This document shows positions 9,446-19,930 of a stretch of 64,000 nt of DNA, in pieces. The notes below the pieces were generated by a model, which was not told the origin of the DNA, searched no databases, and saw nothing but the letters and a program-made list of their open reading frames with translations. Where the stretch lies: the IMG/VR virus record IMGVR_UViG_3300020500_000003. One strand, given 5' to 3'. This stretch comes from an uncultured virus (IMG/VR IMGVR_UViG_3300020500_000003). Lineage: Duplodnaviria; Heunggongvirae; Uroviricota; Caudoviricetes. Numbering within the stretch: the first letter of the stretch is position 1; the number at the start of each line of letters is the position of its first letter. Made by a program: the position numbers and the translations under genes.

Positions 9446-10204
9446 CTACCAAGTAGATTTTTGAGCAGCACCATTTCCAGGTTGCATATTAGCTGCTTGA
9501 GCTAAAGTATTATTTGCTGTCTCTTGACCTTCAATTTGTTGATTAGCTTTAAATCCTTCCATAAAGTTTTTATCTTTATCAATAGGATGTACTTGACCAT
9601 TTTGATTTACATAAGTAAGAGAACCATCTTCTCCTCTTTTTTCTAACCAAACACCAACTTGTGCAGGACAAGTGAAATAACCACCAGTCATATTTTTAGG
9701 TACTTGAAGATAAGTTCTATCCTGACCTTCTGAAATTTGCCATTGATATTCCAAGAATACATCTACAGGTTTTGTAGCAAAATCAGCAGGAACAAGACCT
9801 ACTAAAGATTTAATACCAGCAACAATATCAGCAGGATTGATAGTTGCAACTACAGCATCAATTTGAGTTTGTACTACACCTACTGCTTTTAAACAATGTT
9901 TGATAACAGCAACTTTTTGACCCATAGAATCAAAATACAAATCTTCATATCCAGCCTCACCAGGATTTACTTTAGTATTATTTTTACCAAATAAAGCTCC
10001 TGTATCTTCATACAATCTTCTTCTGTATTCTTTTTCATCTACTTTGAACCAAATATCTACTGCATTTGCTGGACCATTATTTGCTCCACCATCAGTAATA
10101 AATTCAAACTTTGAGATAAAACCTTGATTTAAACCAAATTTACCTGATGCTTTACTTTTTAATGATTCATCTGTATCATTAACTGCGAAAATGTTTTTAG
10201 TCAT
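9446..10204 (-). CDS. hypothetical replication protein (possible ssDNA-binding/annealing protein)
   Basis: 252 aa with a flexible tail ending in Trp, located between the AAA ATPase and primase; function inferred from context only. Confidence 0.5.
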   Translation of the reverse strand: MTKNIFAVNDTDESLKSKASGKFGLNQGFISKFEFITDGGANNGPANAVDIWFKVDEKEYRRRLYEDTGALFGKNNTKVNPGEAGYEDLYFDSMGQKVAVIKHCLKAVGVVQTQIDAVVATINPADIVAGIKSLVGLVPADFATKPVDVFLEYQWQISEGQDRTYLQVPKNMTGGYFTCPAQVGVWLEKRGEDGSLTYVNQNGQVHPIDKDKNFMEGFKANQQIEGQETANNTLAQAANMQPGNGAAQKSTW

Positions 10205-10235
10205 AACTATTTTAAAATTTTAAATGATTAATTAA

Positions 10236-10592
10236 TTACCAAGTACCATTAGCACTTGTAGGAGCAGTAACAGCTTCTTCTGCTGTTTCACCTACAATTA
10301 CATCATCTTGATTCTCTTCAACTGTATCAATTACTTCTTGTACAGCTTCTTCTTCAAAAGCTACTTCTTGAGTAGTATTTGCTTCACCATCTGTATCATC
10401 AATTAAGTTGATAGCAAATTGTTTTTTTGCTTTACGATTTTTCAATTTTGGATGTTGCCATACAGTTGCTTTCATAGCACTTACAGTTTCTCCGAAATGA
10501 GCAGCAATTTCTTCTCTGCTTTTACCTTCATCTAATAAAGCTAATACTGCTGATACAGTAATATCTTTTTTAACTTCTTGTTCTACTGACAT
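10236..10592 (-). CDS. small HTH-like protein with acidic tail
   Basis: Likely start MSVEQ at 10592 rather than the TTG at 10628; LDEGKSREEIAAHFG is HTH-like. Confidence 0.6.
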   Translation of the reverse strand: MSVEQEVKKDITVSAVLALLDEGKSREEIAAHFGETVSAMKATVWQHPKLKNRKAKKQFAINLIDDTDGEANTTQEVAFEEEAVQEVIDTVEENQDDVIVGETAEEAVTAPTSANGTW

Positions 10593-10605
10593 AATATAAA
10601 CTAAT

Positions 10606-10773
10606 TTAATTTTTAAATGTTTTTTCAAGCTCTTTTGCTTCTTGAGCTAATCTTTTGTTTTCTTCCTCTTCATAAGAAGTTTCTTTTGCTGTTTTAGATA
10701 AAAACAACATTAAAATGAGACCTATATTTAAGAGAATACTAACTACAAGAAAGAATATTAGTAATTTTTGCAT
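10606..10773 (-). CDS. small membrane-anchored protein (55 aa)
   Basis: Manual translation MQKLLIFFLVVSILLNIGLILMLFLSKTAKETSYEEEENKRLAQEAKELEKTFKN*; it fills the gap and is below the ORF-track cutoff. Confidence 0.7.
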   Translation of the reverse strand: MQKLLIFFLVVSILLNIGLILMLFLSKTAKETSYEEEENKRLAQEAKELEKTFKN

Positions 10774-10780
10774 AATATTC

Positions 10781-11461
10781 TTAATTATAATTCATCAATG
10801 CTTCTAATATGAATTGATAATCATTACTGATTTTTGGTTCAAATAGATTCTGTGGACTTCTTGCTGTATTAAAACCATTATTTTGAGTTTCTAAAATGTA
10901 ACTCAAACCTTCTGTTGATTTTTCAACCATACTATAAAATACAGATTCAAGTTTACCTTCTAACTGCATTTTAGTAGCCATGTTACCAAGAACTTTTAAC
11001 CTTTGCATTGTTTCATTTCCAGATTTGAAAGTTTCAATATGTCCTGTAATAAAAGCATATCTTTCTTGTTCAAATCCATTGTTAGCTAAACCAGCATCAA
11101 TATGGTTAATGATTTCTTTGTAACTACTCGGAATAACATGAAATCTATCTCTTGGGTTAGCTTTCTTACCATATTCTTTGTTACCACCTTCCCATACAGG
11201 ATTCTTGTTATCAGCATTATACCAAATATTAGTATCAGGTAATAAAGTTCTCATACCAGAAGATTTTCCTGTACCAGGTTCACCAAGAATTAAGATTAAT
11301 TCAAATCCTCTTCTTTGTAGGTCTCCAATGAAAGTATAGATGTCCATTCCATAATCTTTCCACTTGTCATGCCCAGCTTTTTTTTTATCTCTCATGTATT
11401 CTTCATTCTGAATACCAGTAAGAGTATCAACACAAATTGTTCTTATTTTTGTATCTGACAT
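10781..11461 (-). CDS. AAA_24 / Sak4-like P-loop ATPase with permuted motif order
   Basis: Walker A GEPGTGKSS, Walker-B-like ICVDTLT at the N-terminus, FITGHIE and TARSP. Confidence 0.8.
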   Translation of the reverse strand: MSDTKIRTICVDTLTGIQNEEYMRDKKKAGHDKWKDYGMDIYTFIGDLQRRGFELILILGEPGTGKSSGMRTLLPDTNIWYNADNKNPVWEGGNKEYGKKANPRDRFHVIPSSYKEIINHIDAGLANNGFEQERYAFITGHIETFKSGNETMQRLKVLGNMATKMQLEGKLESVFYSMVEKSTEGLSYILETQNNGFNTARSPQNLFEPKISNDYQFILEALMNYN

Positions 11462-11463
11462 AT

Positions 11464-12675
11464 TTATTTAATTATTAATTGTTTAAATTTCTTAATTCCT
11501 CCTAACATATCTACTCTAAAATGTTTAGGATAGATAGTATGCCTACTTTCTACAAGATGAATACTTCTCATATAAGGATATAGTAAATTGTTTGCTCTGT
11601 CCTTAATCATTTTTCCAAAATGTTTTGTTAGATTATATCTATCATCATTTGGATTAAAAATTGTAAGCATAACATCACAATCTTCTGCTAAATTACCTGT
11701 TTCTTTGACATCATCTGAATTTGGATATAACATATCATCCTGCTGTTTAATTCTATTAGTGTCTGTCATAGACCTATTTAGATGTATAATATGAACAAAA
11801 CTATACTTAAAAGAAATTTTCATTTCTACAGCATATTCTGAAAATTTATCAACAGTTTGTTTTGCAGTAAATCCTCTTTCAGGAATAAGTTTTCTTAAAT
11901 GGTCAGTAATAATAAAAGTATATTTTTCAGGATTATTTGGTTCATATTTCATAATTCTTTTATGAATTTTACCATCAGCTCCTGTAAACTTACTATATGT
12001 AATTTTACCATTTAATTCAGCATGTTTTATTAGATAGTTTCTGATACCTGTAGGATTGTCTTTATTTTCAAAAAAACTAATTATACCTTTTTTTATAAGG
12101 TCTCCTTTGACATCATATTCTCCAAATAAAGGAATTATTCTATTTTCATAAACAGTTTTAATTGCTTCAAAAATAGCAGGTTTGACTTTAATCATCTTAC
12201 CATTATCATCAGATAAAATACCTCTTAAATAATTAGAAGATAATTCAATGATATTTTTTCCTTCATACAAAACACCTTCATCCAAACTAATATTCTGAAT
12301 ACCAAAATCATAGTTTAAGAAATGAGCAACAAAATCAAACTCTTTACTAATCCTGTCTATTTCATAAGAATAATAGATTATTTCTAAATCTATATGAGAA
12401 ATATTATGAATAGATTTTATTTGTTCTTTTGTAAAACCATCACTCAAGAGTTTCAAATATTTGAAATTATTATTAATAACAAATAAACAAGGACCTATAA
12501 CAAAACCAGCATCAACAAGTGTTGATTTTCCACCTTTAGCTGCACCAGCAACAACATAAATCATTGCTCTTTGTAAATCATTAATAGCAGCAGAAATGTT
12601 TTCTAAACCTTCTCCCATAGGAAGACCTTTATTTGCTCCTTCTTGTCCTTTTTTATATGCTTCAATAAGATTCAT
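11464..12675 (-). CDS. replicative DnaB-like (SF4) helicase
   Basis: AGAAKGGKST, YYSYEI, IITDHLRK, IIHLNR, DVKETGNLAEDCD. Confidence 0.85.
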   Translation of the reverse strand: MNLIEAYKKGQEGANKGLPMGEGLENISAAINDLQRAMIYVVAGAAKGGKSTLVDAGFVIGPCLFVINNNFKYLKLLSDGFTKEQIKSIHNISHIDLEIIYYSYEIDRISKEFDFVAHFLNYDFGIQNISLDEGVLYEGKNIIELSSNYLRGILSDDNGKMIKVKPAIFEAIKTVYENRIIPLFGEYDVKGDLIKKGIISFFENKDNPTGIRNYLIKHAELNGKITYSKFTGADGKIHKRIMKYEPNNPEKYTFIITDHLRKLIPERGFTAKQTVDKFSEYAVEMKISFKYSFVHIIHLNRSMTDTNRIKQQDDMLYPNSDDVKETGNLAEDCDVMLTIFNPNDDRYNLTKHFGKMIKDRANNLLYPYMRSIHLVESRHTIYPKHFRVDMLGGIKKFKQLIIK

Positions 12676-13211
12676 TACATCATTGTATTATTTGAACCAC
12701 TTCTACCATTTTCAGAAACAGTCATCTCTTTGTATCTATTTACCCATTCTAATAAATGTGATACTTTTTCAGCACCTTGACCTTCATAAATAAATTTATG
12801 AGAAGTCTTTAAATACATAGGTTGTGTAACTGTTCTTAAATACATTTTAGTAGCTTCCATTACTTCATCTTGTCTAATTGCTGGATTATTGATAAAGAAG
12901 GTTTTCATTCTTGCAGCAACATTTCGATAAGTTCCTTTTCTGTCCTTATTAATATTACTAAATTCTTCCATCCAATCTTTAACCCATTCAAAACCAGTAA
13001 CTTGTTCTTCAAACAAAGGAACATTCCAATCAAGAGTTTTAGATTTTTCATCTAATACTAATATTCTTGTTCTATTCATTTTTTCTACTAAAGCTAAAGG
13101 AGTATAAGAAGGTTTTACATCATAATAAATAGATAACAAATAAGCTATCCCATCATTTACAGGAATACCAAAGGTTTTCAGTACAACATTTATTTCTGGA
13201 TTTATTAGCAT
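12675..13211 (-). CDS. hypothetical protein (possible helicase loader/initiator)
   Basis: 178 aa, translationally coupled to the DnaB-like gene. Confidence 0.6.
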   Translation of the reverse strand: MLINPEINVVLKTFGIPVNDGIAYLLSIYYDVKPSYTPLALVEKMNRTRILVLDEKSKTLDWNVPLFEEQVTGFEWVKDWMEEFSNINKDRKGTYRNVAARMKTFFINNPAIRQDEVMEATKMYLRTVTQPMYLKTSHKFIYEGQGAEKVSHLLEWVNRYKEMTVSENGRSGSNNTMM

Positions 13212-13408
13212 AATTGTTTTTCTTTTTGGATTAATAATTCTATCTCAACAGTTTCTTCATAAGAAAAAGTCCTATTTTCATCATTAATTACAGTAATCTG
13301 TTCTCTGGTAAACATAGCACCAGGATTATCTGTTTTAGATAAAATAGCATTTCTTTTTAATGTAGTAATCTTATTGAGTTTCCCATCTTTATACAATCTT
13401 ACATTCAT
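13205..13408 (-). CDS. hypothetical protein
   Basis: 67 aa, overlaps its neighbours within the operon. Confidence 0.6.
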   Translation of the reverse strand: MNVRLYKDGKLNKITTLKRNAILSKTDNPGAMFTREQITVINDENRTFSYEETVEIELLIQKEKQLC

Positions 13409-14648
13409 TACTTTTTTGTTTTAAAGATTCATAACTAATATGCTCTATTTTAGATTGGTCAAAATTAGCTAATGCTGTATTAGACCATACCTCATCTTGT
13501 GTTTCATCACAGACAATTATCCAAATATGAGCTTCATGTCCAGGTCTAAATCTAATCAATCTTCCTATTCTTTGAATCAAATCTTTTTCTTTTGAATTAA
13601 GTTGAAGAATTAATCCTCCATCTAATCCAATAAAATTATGACCTTCATTGATAGCTTTCACACAAGATAATTTTTTAATTTCATCTTTTTTAAAAGCATT
13701 ATAAAAAGTATCTCCTGATTTAGAGTGGAAAGTTTCTTTACAAATTTTCTCTGCTTTTTCTATACTACCACAAAATATCAGAGTTCTGTCCTCTTTATTA
13801 ATATGATTATTTAGAATATATTGAGCAGCAATGAATTTACTTTCAAGATTATAAATAAATCTCATTCTGTTAAAAGTAGAAATTTGTCCAGGTCTTGTAA
13901 GACATAAAGTAGATAAATAGTTATATTTAGCTAACTCTGTCTGAAAGAATGGTTTATCTTTACTACCAGATTGAACATTTTTAATAACATTGTCTAATTT
14001 TGTATGAACAACAGTAATCTTGTATGGAGCAACAAATCCTAACTTAACAGCATTATCTAATGTTAGACTATAAACAACATGAATACCCAATCTTTGAAAA
14101 ATAAGTAATTTTTCTTCATCATTTGGTACAGTAGCTGTTAAAGCTATAACATTTTCAATATGATTGTTACTAAACAATTCAGATGCTAATTCAGTCATAT
14201 TATGACACTCATCAAGAACACAAGTATTAAAATCAAAATCTTCAATTTTAGAACCAGAAGCATAACAAAGTTTTTCAGTTTTATCATATAGAGATAATCC
14301 TTTCCATTTACTAAATTCTTCTTTCCAATTTTCATCTCTTAATTTCTCTGTTGGTACAACTAAAACATTGTCATATTTAGAACCTTGAGGATTGTAATGC
14401 TTTAACAAATCAATAGCAACTTTACTTTTTCCACTACCAGTAGCCATAGCCACAAGACCTCTCCCTCCTGCATTTATAACTGCTTGAGTAGCTTCTTTTT
14501 GTACAATAGCTCTGACTTTATTAACAAAGATTGTTACATCTTCTTCTGTTGTTAATGCTTCTCTTAATGCTAAAACATCATCTACACAATCTAAAATAGA
14601 ATTGTGTTTTTTAAGTAGCAAATTTAACTTTTTTAAAACTTCTTTCAT
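13389..14648 (-). CDS. superfamily 2 DExH helicase
   Basis: MATGSGKS, LDECH, LTAT, QRIGRLIR. Confidence 0.92.
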   Translation of the reverse strand: MKEVLKKLNLLLKKHNSILDCVDDVLALREALTTEEDVTIFVNKVRAIVQKEATQAVINAGGRGLVAMATGSGKSKVAIDLLKHYNPQGSKYDNVLVVPTEKLRDENWKEEFSKWKGLSLYDKTEKLCYASGSKIEDFDFNTCVLDECHNMTELASELFSNNHIENVIALTATVPNDEEKLLIFQRLGIHVVYSLTLDNAVKLGFVAPYKITVVHTKLDNVIKNVQSGSKDKPFFQTELAKYNYLSTLCLTRPGQISTFNRMRFIYNLESKFIAAQYILNNHINKEDRTLIFCGSIEKAEKICKETFHSKSGDTFYNAFKKDEIKKLSCVKAINEGHNFIGLDGGLILQLNSKEKDLIQRIGRLIRFRPGHEAHIWIIVCDETQDEVWSNTALANFDQSKIEHISYESLKQKSNECKIV

Positions 14649-14878
14649 GTTAAAAACTTTTTTTTATACCTAAAAGGTAAGATTATAATTTCTGCTTTAA
14701 GATTATCAGGTAAATTCATATTTTGAAATATTGAATGTGTTTTATCAGAAATGATTTGTAAAGGATATACTTCTATATCATACAATTCACTAATTATCAT
14801 ACTCAATGATTTAGCATCAAATACAACAATTGGACCAAGTAATTCAAAATTAAATCCCATTATTTTTCTCAATAACAT
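14645..14878 (-). CDS. hypothetical protein
   Basis: 77 aa, fills the gap between the polymerase and helicase genes with overlaps. Confidence 0.5.
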   Translation of the reverse strand: MLLRKIMGFNFELLGPIVVFDAKSLSMIISELYDIEVYPLQIISDKTHSIFQNMNLPDNLKAEIIILPFRYKKKFLT

Positions 14879-16961
14879 TAATGATTTTATAAACTTCTGC
14901 TATGTAATAAGGATAATAAATAATTTTCTTTATTTCTTCATCTGTAATCATTTGATTGATAACAGTACAAAGAAAACCAGCTTCATAATTATTATGTCTT
15001 ACTTTTTTCACCAGTTGTTTAAAATCTTCAAAACTCCCCTCATAACCTTGTTCAACAGTAGCAAAAGAATAAGCATCTCTCAATTTCTTACTATCTTTAG
15101 GTTCTATAGGGGGCATTTGTTTTATTAGTGATATACCTTGACCTACATTATGATATTTTTTAGTTTCTTTAGTATATACTACTTCCCCTGTTATTAAATA
15201 TCTTGTAATTCTCTGAATCTCGTTATCAGATATTGAATTACCATCTTCATCATATACTACACTCAAAAGTCTATCAGTTTTATTAACTTTAGTTCTTTTA
15301 AAAAAGTCATATAAATCTGTATGATTGTAAATAAAAGTTTGAACATCTATTCCATGAACAAAATAGGCTTCAAGAGCTTTTGGAATCACTAACATAGAAA
15401 AGTTCTTATGTAATTCAAGTTCATATTCATAAGTACCTTTCCTTTTGACACCACCATAGTCATAAATTGCAAGATAATTATTTACATTACTTATTACCAT
15501 TTTAGAATAAAATGCTTCTTCTAAAATTAAACCTGTTAAAGATTCCCATCTCTTACAGATTAATCTGAACAATTCTAAATCTTTTTTCTTAATCTTCATA
15601 GTCAAACCATCAGTATTAATCTGTAACATTTCATAGAAAGATAATTCTATTGTCAATGTTTCAGCTAACATACATAAAAGTAATTGACCATTTACACAAG
15701 TTTGTACTACATATTGCTTATCACATAAAGGACTAAATTCACTACCTCCCTTACCATAAGAACCATTCCCTGCTAATTTCATTGATGTGTTTTCAGGAGT
15801 TTTCTTTGGATATAGTTTTCGTTCTTCTTTAATTTCTTTATGTACTTCGGCATAAACACCTTTAAGATGTTCAGGTTCAAAATTGAATTTTTCAGACATA
15901 CTTGGATAATATCCAGCTACATCTATATCAACAATCAATTCATCTTCTGCTGGTGTATAACAACCTGCATCAATTGAACCATGAATACCTCCAACTCCAA
16001 AATCATATTGAAAACCTTTATATACAATATTCAAATTTTTCTGCTTCCCAACAGTTTTATGAACAAAATAATAGGGTTCTAATGATTTCAAATCATCAAA
16101 AGGAATTTTACTAAATACTCCATTTAATTCTTTGATAGTTTTACTTTTAAACCAATTAAGAATTTTTTGAAATGGTTCTTCTCTGAACACAATAAAAGGG
16201 AGAATAGTATCTCCAATATTTATTGTTTCTCGAATAGTATTTCTTGGTAGTTTTCTGATTCCTCCTGATTGAGTTTCAAACTCTGTATAAACAAGATGTT
16301 CCCCTGCTTTCTGGATAATCTTACTAATAAAAATATGTTCTCCTATTTTAACATCATTGAAGTTTGTAAAATCAATGTTATATTTAGGTGAAAGTACCTC
16401 TCTTAATTCAATTCCAGGTAGAGTTTTGAAAAAGGTTAATTCTGTAGCATCAACATCATTATCACAATACTCAATAACTTTGTAAATTTCTTCTCTTGTT
16501 AAATATGTTCCTACAGGATATGGTAACTCTTGTATATTATTCAATCTCAAGTTAAATTGTAAAAGTTTTAAAGAAGTCATTTTTGCCTTATTATCAAAAT
16601 GATTAATTTTGAATAAGTCAATTTGCTTTCTTAATGGAGTAGTTGCTTTACTGAATCCACTACCTTGTGTTTTAATTTTTTTATCACCAAACTTAAATAT
16701 AGAAAGACAAGCATCTTGTGCTGACATATTCATACATTTAGTAATAAGATGATGTAAAACAGGATAATCATAGAATAAATTATTAAATCCAATCATATTT
16801 TCTACATCATTCAATAACCATTTTGCTAAATCACCTCTTTCATCTGCTAAACAACTGATTTGAAATTTCTTTCTTTCCTTTGTAAAAGGATTTTTAGCAG
16901 ATAGTAGAAATAAATTAGGATATGATTCTTCATCATATATCCATGTAGATTGTTGATTCAT
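14850..16961 (-). CDS. DNA polymerase family B with 3'-5' exonuclease
   Basis: Exo I YDEESY, Exo II GFNNLFYD, Exo III YCDND; polymerase motifs DIDVAGYYPS, KLAGNGSYGK, INTDG. Confidence 0.93.
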   Translation of the reverse strand: MNQQSTWIYDEESYPNLFLLSAKNPFTKERKKFQISCLADERGDLAKWLLNDVENMIGFNNLFYDYPVLHHLITKCMNMSAQDACLSIFKFGDKKIKTQGSGFSKATTPLRKQIDLFKINHFDNKAKMTSLKLLQFNLRLNNIQELPYPVGTYLTREEIYKVIEYCDNDVDATELTFFKTLPGIELREVLSPKYNIDFTNFNDVKIGEHIFISKIIQKAGEHLVYTEFETQSGGIRKLPRNTIRETINIGDTILPFIVFREEPFQKILNWFKSKTIKELNGVFSKIPFDDLKSLEPYYFVHKTVGKQKNLNIVYKGFQYDFGVGGIHGSIDAGCYTPAEDELIVDIDVAGYYPSMSEKFNFEPEHLKGVYAEVHKEIKEERKLYPKKTPENTSMKLAGNGSYGKGGSEFSPLCDKQYVVQTCVNGQLLLCMLAETLTIELSFYEMLQINTDGLTMKIKKKDLELFRLICKRWESLTGLILEEAFYSKMVISNVNNYLAIYDYGGVKRKGTYEYELELHKNFSMLVIPKALEAYFVHGIDVQTFIYNHTDLYDFFKRTKVNKTDRLLSVVYDEDGNSISDNEIQRITRYLITGEVVYTKETKKYHNVGQGISLIKQMPPIEPKDSKKLRDAYSFATVEQGYEGSFEDFKQLVKKVRHNNYEAGFLCTVINQMITDEEIKKIIYYPYYIAEVYKIINVIEKNNGI

Positions 16962-16963
16962 AA

Positions 16964-17197
16964 TTATTTATAATTTTTACCAGTACCTTTATATGATTTG
17001 TCTTGTTTAGAAGGTTTATGAATTTTAAAAAATCTTCTTCTATTAGACAACATTAGATTTTGTTGAGGTAATGGTTGTTTGTGTTTAGGATGTATTTTTT
17101 CTTTTTCAAATCTATAAAACTCTGGAGTATATATAGTATGATATTGAGGTATCAATCCAAGATAACCAATAAGATAGGTGAATTGTTTTACAGCCAT
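16964..17197 (-). CDS. small basic hypothetical protein
   Basis: 77 aa, in operon. Confidence 0.6.
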   Translation of the reverse strand: MAVKQFTYLIGYLGLIPQYHTIYTPEFYRFEKEKIHPKHKQPLPQQNLMLSNRRRFFKIHKPSKQDKSYKGTGKNYK

Positions 17198-17201
17198 AAT
17201 T

Positions 17202-17600
17202 TTAATATTCTATAATTCCTGAATCTCTAATTTTCTCATATAAATCCTTTTTTTGAGCAGGAAATAAAGCTGTATCATTTATAAACTCTTGTAGGTAGGT
17301 TTTTCTATCTGAAATGGTTGTTAAATTAGTAGTTTTTAGACTTCTATCAACTCTATTTATTATTTCCATTACATAAGTAGCTCCCTTTTTCATGTGTTCA
17401 GCATCTTCTGATTTTACAGCAAATACTTTATTTACATAATTTTCTAAATGAGGAATAGAACCTTTTACACTTTGTTTTGCTTTCAATGCTAAAAGTTTAT
17501 TCTCTTCCATAATTTGAAATCTTTCAATTAACATAGTTGCTAACACAAGACTTTCAATCATTATATCACTTAATTCTTCGGAACTCAATTTATTACTCAT
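17202..17600 (-). CDS. hypothetical protein
   Basis: Likely start MSNKLSS at 17600, overlapping the upstream stop. Confidence 0.65.
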   Translation of the reverse strand: MSNKLSSEELSDIMIESLVLATMLIERFQIMEENKLLALKAKQSVKGSIPHLENYVNKVFAVKSEDAEHMKKGATYVMEIINRVDRSLKTTNLTTISDRKTYLQEFINDTALFPAQKKDLYEKIRDSGIIEY

Positions 17601-17871
17601 TAGGAATAATTTTAGAAGCAATAATATTATTATATACTTTTTCTCCTTTGATTGAACCAGCAAAGTAATATTGAACAGAAACCTTTTCTCCTATTTTCCA
17701 TTGAGTATCTAAATCAATTCGTGATTCAAAAAATACTATTTGTTTTTCATTAGTTTCTACACCAATTGTCCTTTTGTTAAATGGATTACCATCTCTTCTC
17801 TCTATCTGAATTGCATTTGTTACTGCAATTATCTTACCTTCTAAACTATAAGTTTTTCGATTACTACTCAT
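17593..17871 (-). CDS. DUF3127-like small OB-fold (SSB-like) protein
   Basis: LEGKIIAV...FNKRTIGVET...GEKVSVQY...YNNI pattern typical of Bacteroidota DUF3127. Confidence 0.65.
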   Translation of the reverse strand: MSSNRKTYSLEGKIIAVTNAIQIERRDGNPFNKRTIGVETNEKQIVFFESRIDLDTQWKIGEKVSVQYYFAGSIKGEKVYNNIIASKIIPNE

Positions 17872-17873
17872 TT

Positions 17874-19178
17874 TTAAACATTGTATAAAATTAATAAATC
17901 ACTTGCTCTTGTGATACCTGTATAAAATAATCTTGTTTTCTCTTTTTGACTTGGATTGCGATTAATATTTCCAACATTAAGAATTGCTTGTTTATATGTA
18001 CTTCCTTGTGATTTATGTACTGTAATAGCATGATTATATTTTACTTTGGCAAATCTGTCTTCAAAAGCATTTTTGTATGTCCATTTTATTTTCTTATTAA
18101 GACAACTATATTTTAACAGAGTTAATACAGCATTTAATTGTTTTTCTGCATCTTCGTGTATAATAAAAACACCTTTCCATTGTAATTTTCCATCACCCCA
18201 TTCATCAACCTGTTTACCATTAACAATATAAGTTTTTAATACAACTACATTAATTTTCATAGGATTTTCTTCCATCATTACATTGAAAGAAATATCAGCA
18301 ATATCAAGTGTATTGACTTTGATTTCTTGATTTGTAAAATATGTTTGATAAGGTTCATCAAAGATAAGACTTTCTCCTAATTCAATCTTTGCAGGATTAG
18401 TATAAATTTTTTCTCTTACTAATGTATTAATTTTATCTACTTCTTTGTTTTCCCAAGCTAAATATTTTAACTCATCAGAACCATTTATAGTAGCTAATTC
18501 ATTAATAATTCTATCCTCATCTGTAGTATAAACAAAACCTTTATTATCAACTGTTCTTCCTTGTAAATCCCACATAGCACTCATATTTCTACTCAATGTT
18601 ATAATAGGATTACCTTCTCCTTGTCTGATAATTTCAGTTAATTCTACTTCTGGATAACCTTGTAAAAATACAGGACTTTCTTCTTCTTTTACTGGATTTA
18701 TTTGTTTATCATCTCCAATAAAAATAACAGTTGTTTTGTTTATTGTAGCATGTTCTTCAATCCAACCTAACATTTCCTCTCCTATCATAGATGATTCATC
18801 TATAATTAGTAATGCTACACCAACTAAAGGCATATATTTAGGATTATTAGAAATTAAAGGTTTAAAACTTTTTATACCTGTATTTTTATCAGTAACCATA
18901 CCAATTTTCAATGCAGAATGAATAGTAATTAAACTTAAATTTTTAGCATCTTCTTTTTCTGTAATTTTCCCAGCTAATACTGAAACAGCTTTGTTTGTTG
19001 GAGCAGAACAATAAATAGATTTGTATTTAGGAATAGCTTTAGATAAAACTTTTAATAATTCATCTACCATAAATGTCTTTCCTACTCCAGCAGAACCTTT
19101 AATCAATAACCTTTTAGAAGTTTCAAGTATTTCTAAAGATTCATTTAAAATGTCTGTTTGGTGGCTTGTTAATCCCAT
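17874..19178 (-). CDS. superfamily 1B helicase (Dda/RecD-like)
   Basis: GSAGVGKT, APTNKA, IIDESS, GDDKQINPV, AITVHKSQGSTY, YTGITRA. Confidence 0.93.
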   Translation of the reverse strand: MGLTSHQTDILNESLEILETSKRLLIKGSAGVGKTFMVDELLKVLSKAIPKYKSIYCSAPTNKAVSVLAGKITEKEDAKNLSLITIHSALKIGMVTDKNTGIKSFKPLISNNPKYMPLVGVALLIIDESSMIGEEMLGWIEEHATINKTTVIFIGDDKQINPVKEEESPVFLQGYPEVELTEIIRQGEGNPIITLSRNMSAMWDLQGRTVDNKGFVYTTDEDRIINELATINGSDELKYLAWENKEVDKINTLVREKIYTNPAKIELGESLIFDEPYQTYFTNQEIKVNTLDIADISFNVMMEENPMKINVVVLKTYIVNGKQVDEWGDGKLQWKGVFIIHEDAEKQLNAVLTLLKYSCLNKKIKWTYKNAFEDRFAKVKYNHAITVHKSQGSTYKQAILNVGNINRNPSQKEKTRLFYTGITRASDLLILYNV

Positions 19179-19221
19179 TTGAATAATTTTTCATATTAAT
19201 AATTTATTTTTTAACATTAGT

Positions 19222-19260
19222 AAAAAAACAGAAAGTGAAGAAAAAATCTTCACTTTCTGT
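19222..19260 (-). terminator. intrinsic terminator
   Basis: acagaaagtgaaga-aaaaa-tcttcactttctgt with a U-tract on the minus strand. Confidence 0.8.
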
Positions 19261-19279
19261 AAATAATTGATAAATTAGT

Positions 19280-19930
19280 TTAAAGAACTTTTTGACCAGC
19301 TTCTTCTAATTCATTTTTAATTTCTGCTGTTAGATATACATCTAATGGTTCAGCAGTTCTTGTGTCCATATCTCCAATAGAGCTTACTTTGAAGCAAACT
19401 TGACGATATTGACATTTTCCATTTTCATCCAATACCAAACTTCCTGCATCAGGATGATTGTCTGGGTATCTAACAACTTGTCTGTTACCAATAACATCCA
19501 TAGTAGTCAATCCAGCAGTAATAGCATATTTTTGACTATCATTTAAGATTGGTTTGTTAGACAAAACTCTGTAAAGAGTAGCATTAGGAAAACTTTTCAA
19601 TATTTCTGTTACAGATTCAATAGTAGAATCTACAGGAACATCAATCCAAGCAACTCTTGTTTCAACATTTTCATAAGGTTCATTTTCTTTAAAACCAAAA
19701 TCTTTGATATCAAAAATGTTGTCTTGCATGTCATTGCTTACAGACTTACTTGGGTAAAAACTCAAGGTTTTTACAGTCTGTTTAATTTCAGCAGATAATG
19801 TGCCTTCTTTTTGCCAAGCACTTTTATATACTCTTGTAACTTCTAAACCTGCTTTTGAGATTTCTTTTCTGATTCTTTCTTGTGCTTCTGCAACTGTAGA
19901 ATCAACTGGTGTTTGAACTGTTGTGTTCAT
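19280..19930 (-). CDS. hypothetical protein
   Basis: 216 aa ORF with an A-rich leader. Confidence 0.8.
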   Translation of the reverse strand: MNTTVQTPVDSTVAEAQERIRKEISKAGLEVTRVYKSAWQKEGTLSAEIKQTVKTLSFYPSKSVSNDMQDNIFDIKDFGFKENEPYENVETRVAWIDVPVDSTIESVTEILKSFPNATLYRVLSNKPILNDSQKYAITAGLTTMDVIGNRQVVRYPDNHPDAGSLVLDENGKCQYRQVCFKVSSIGDMDTRTAEPLDVYLTAEIKNELEEAGQKVL

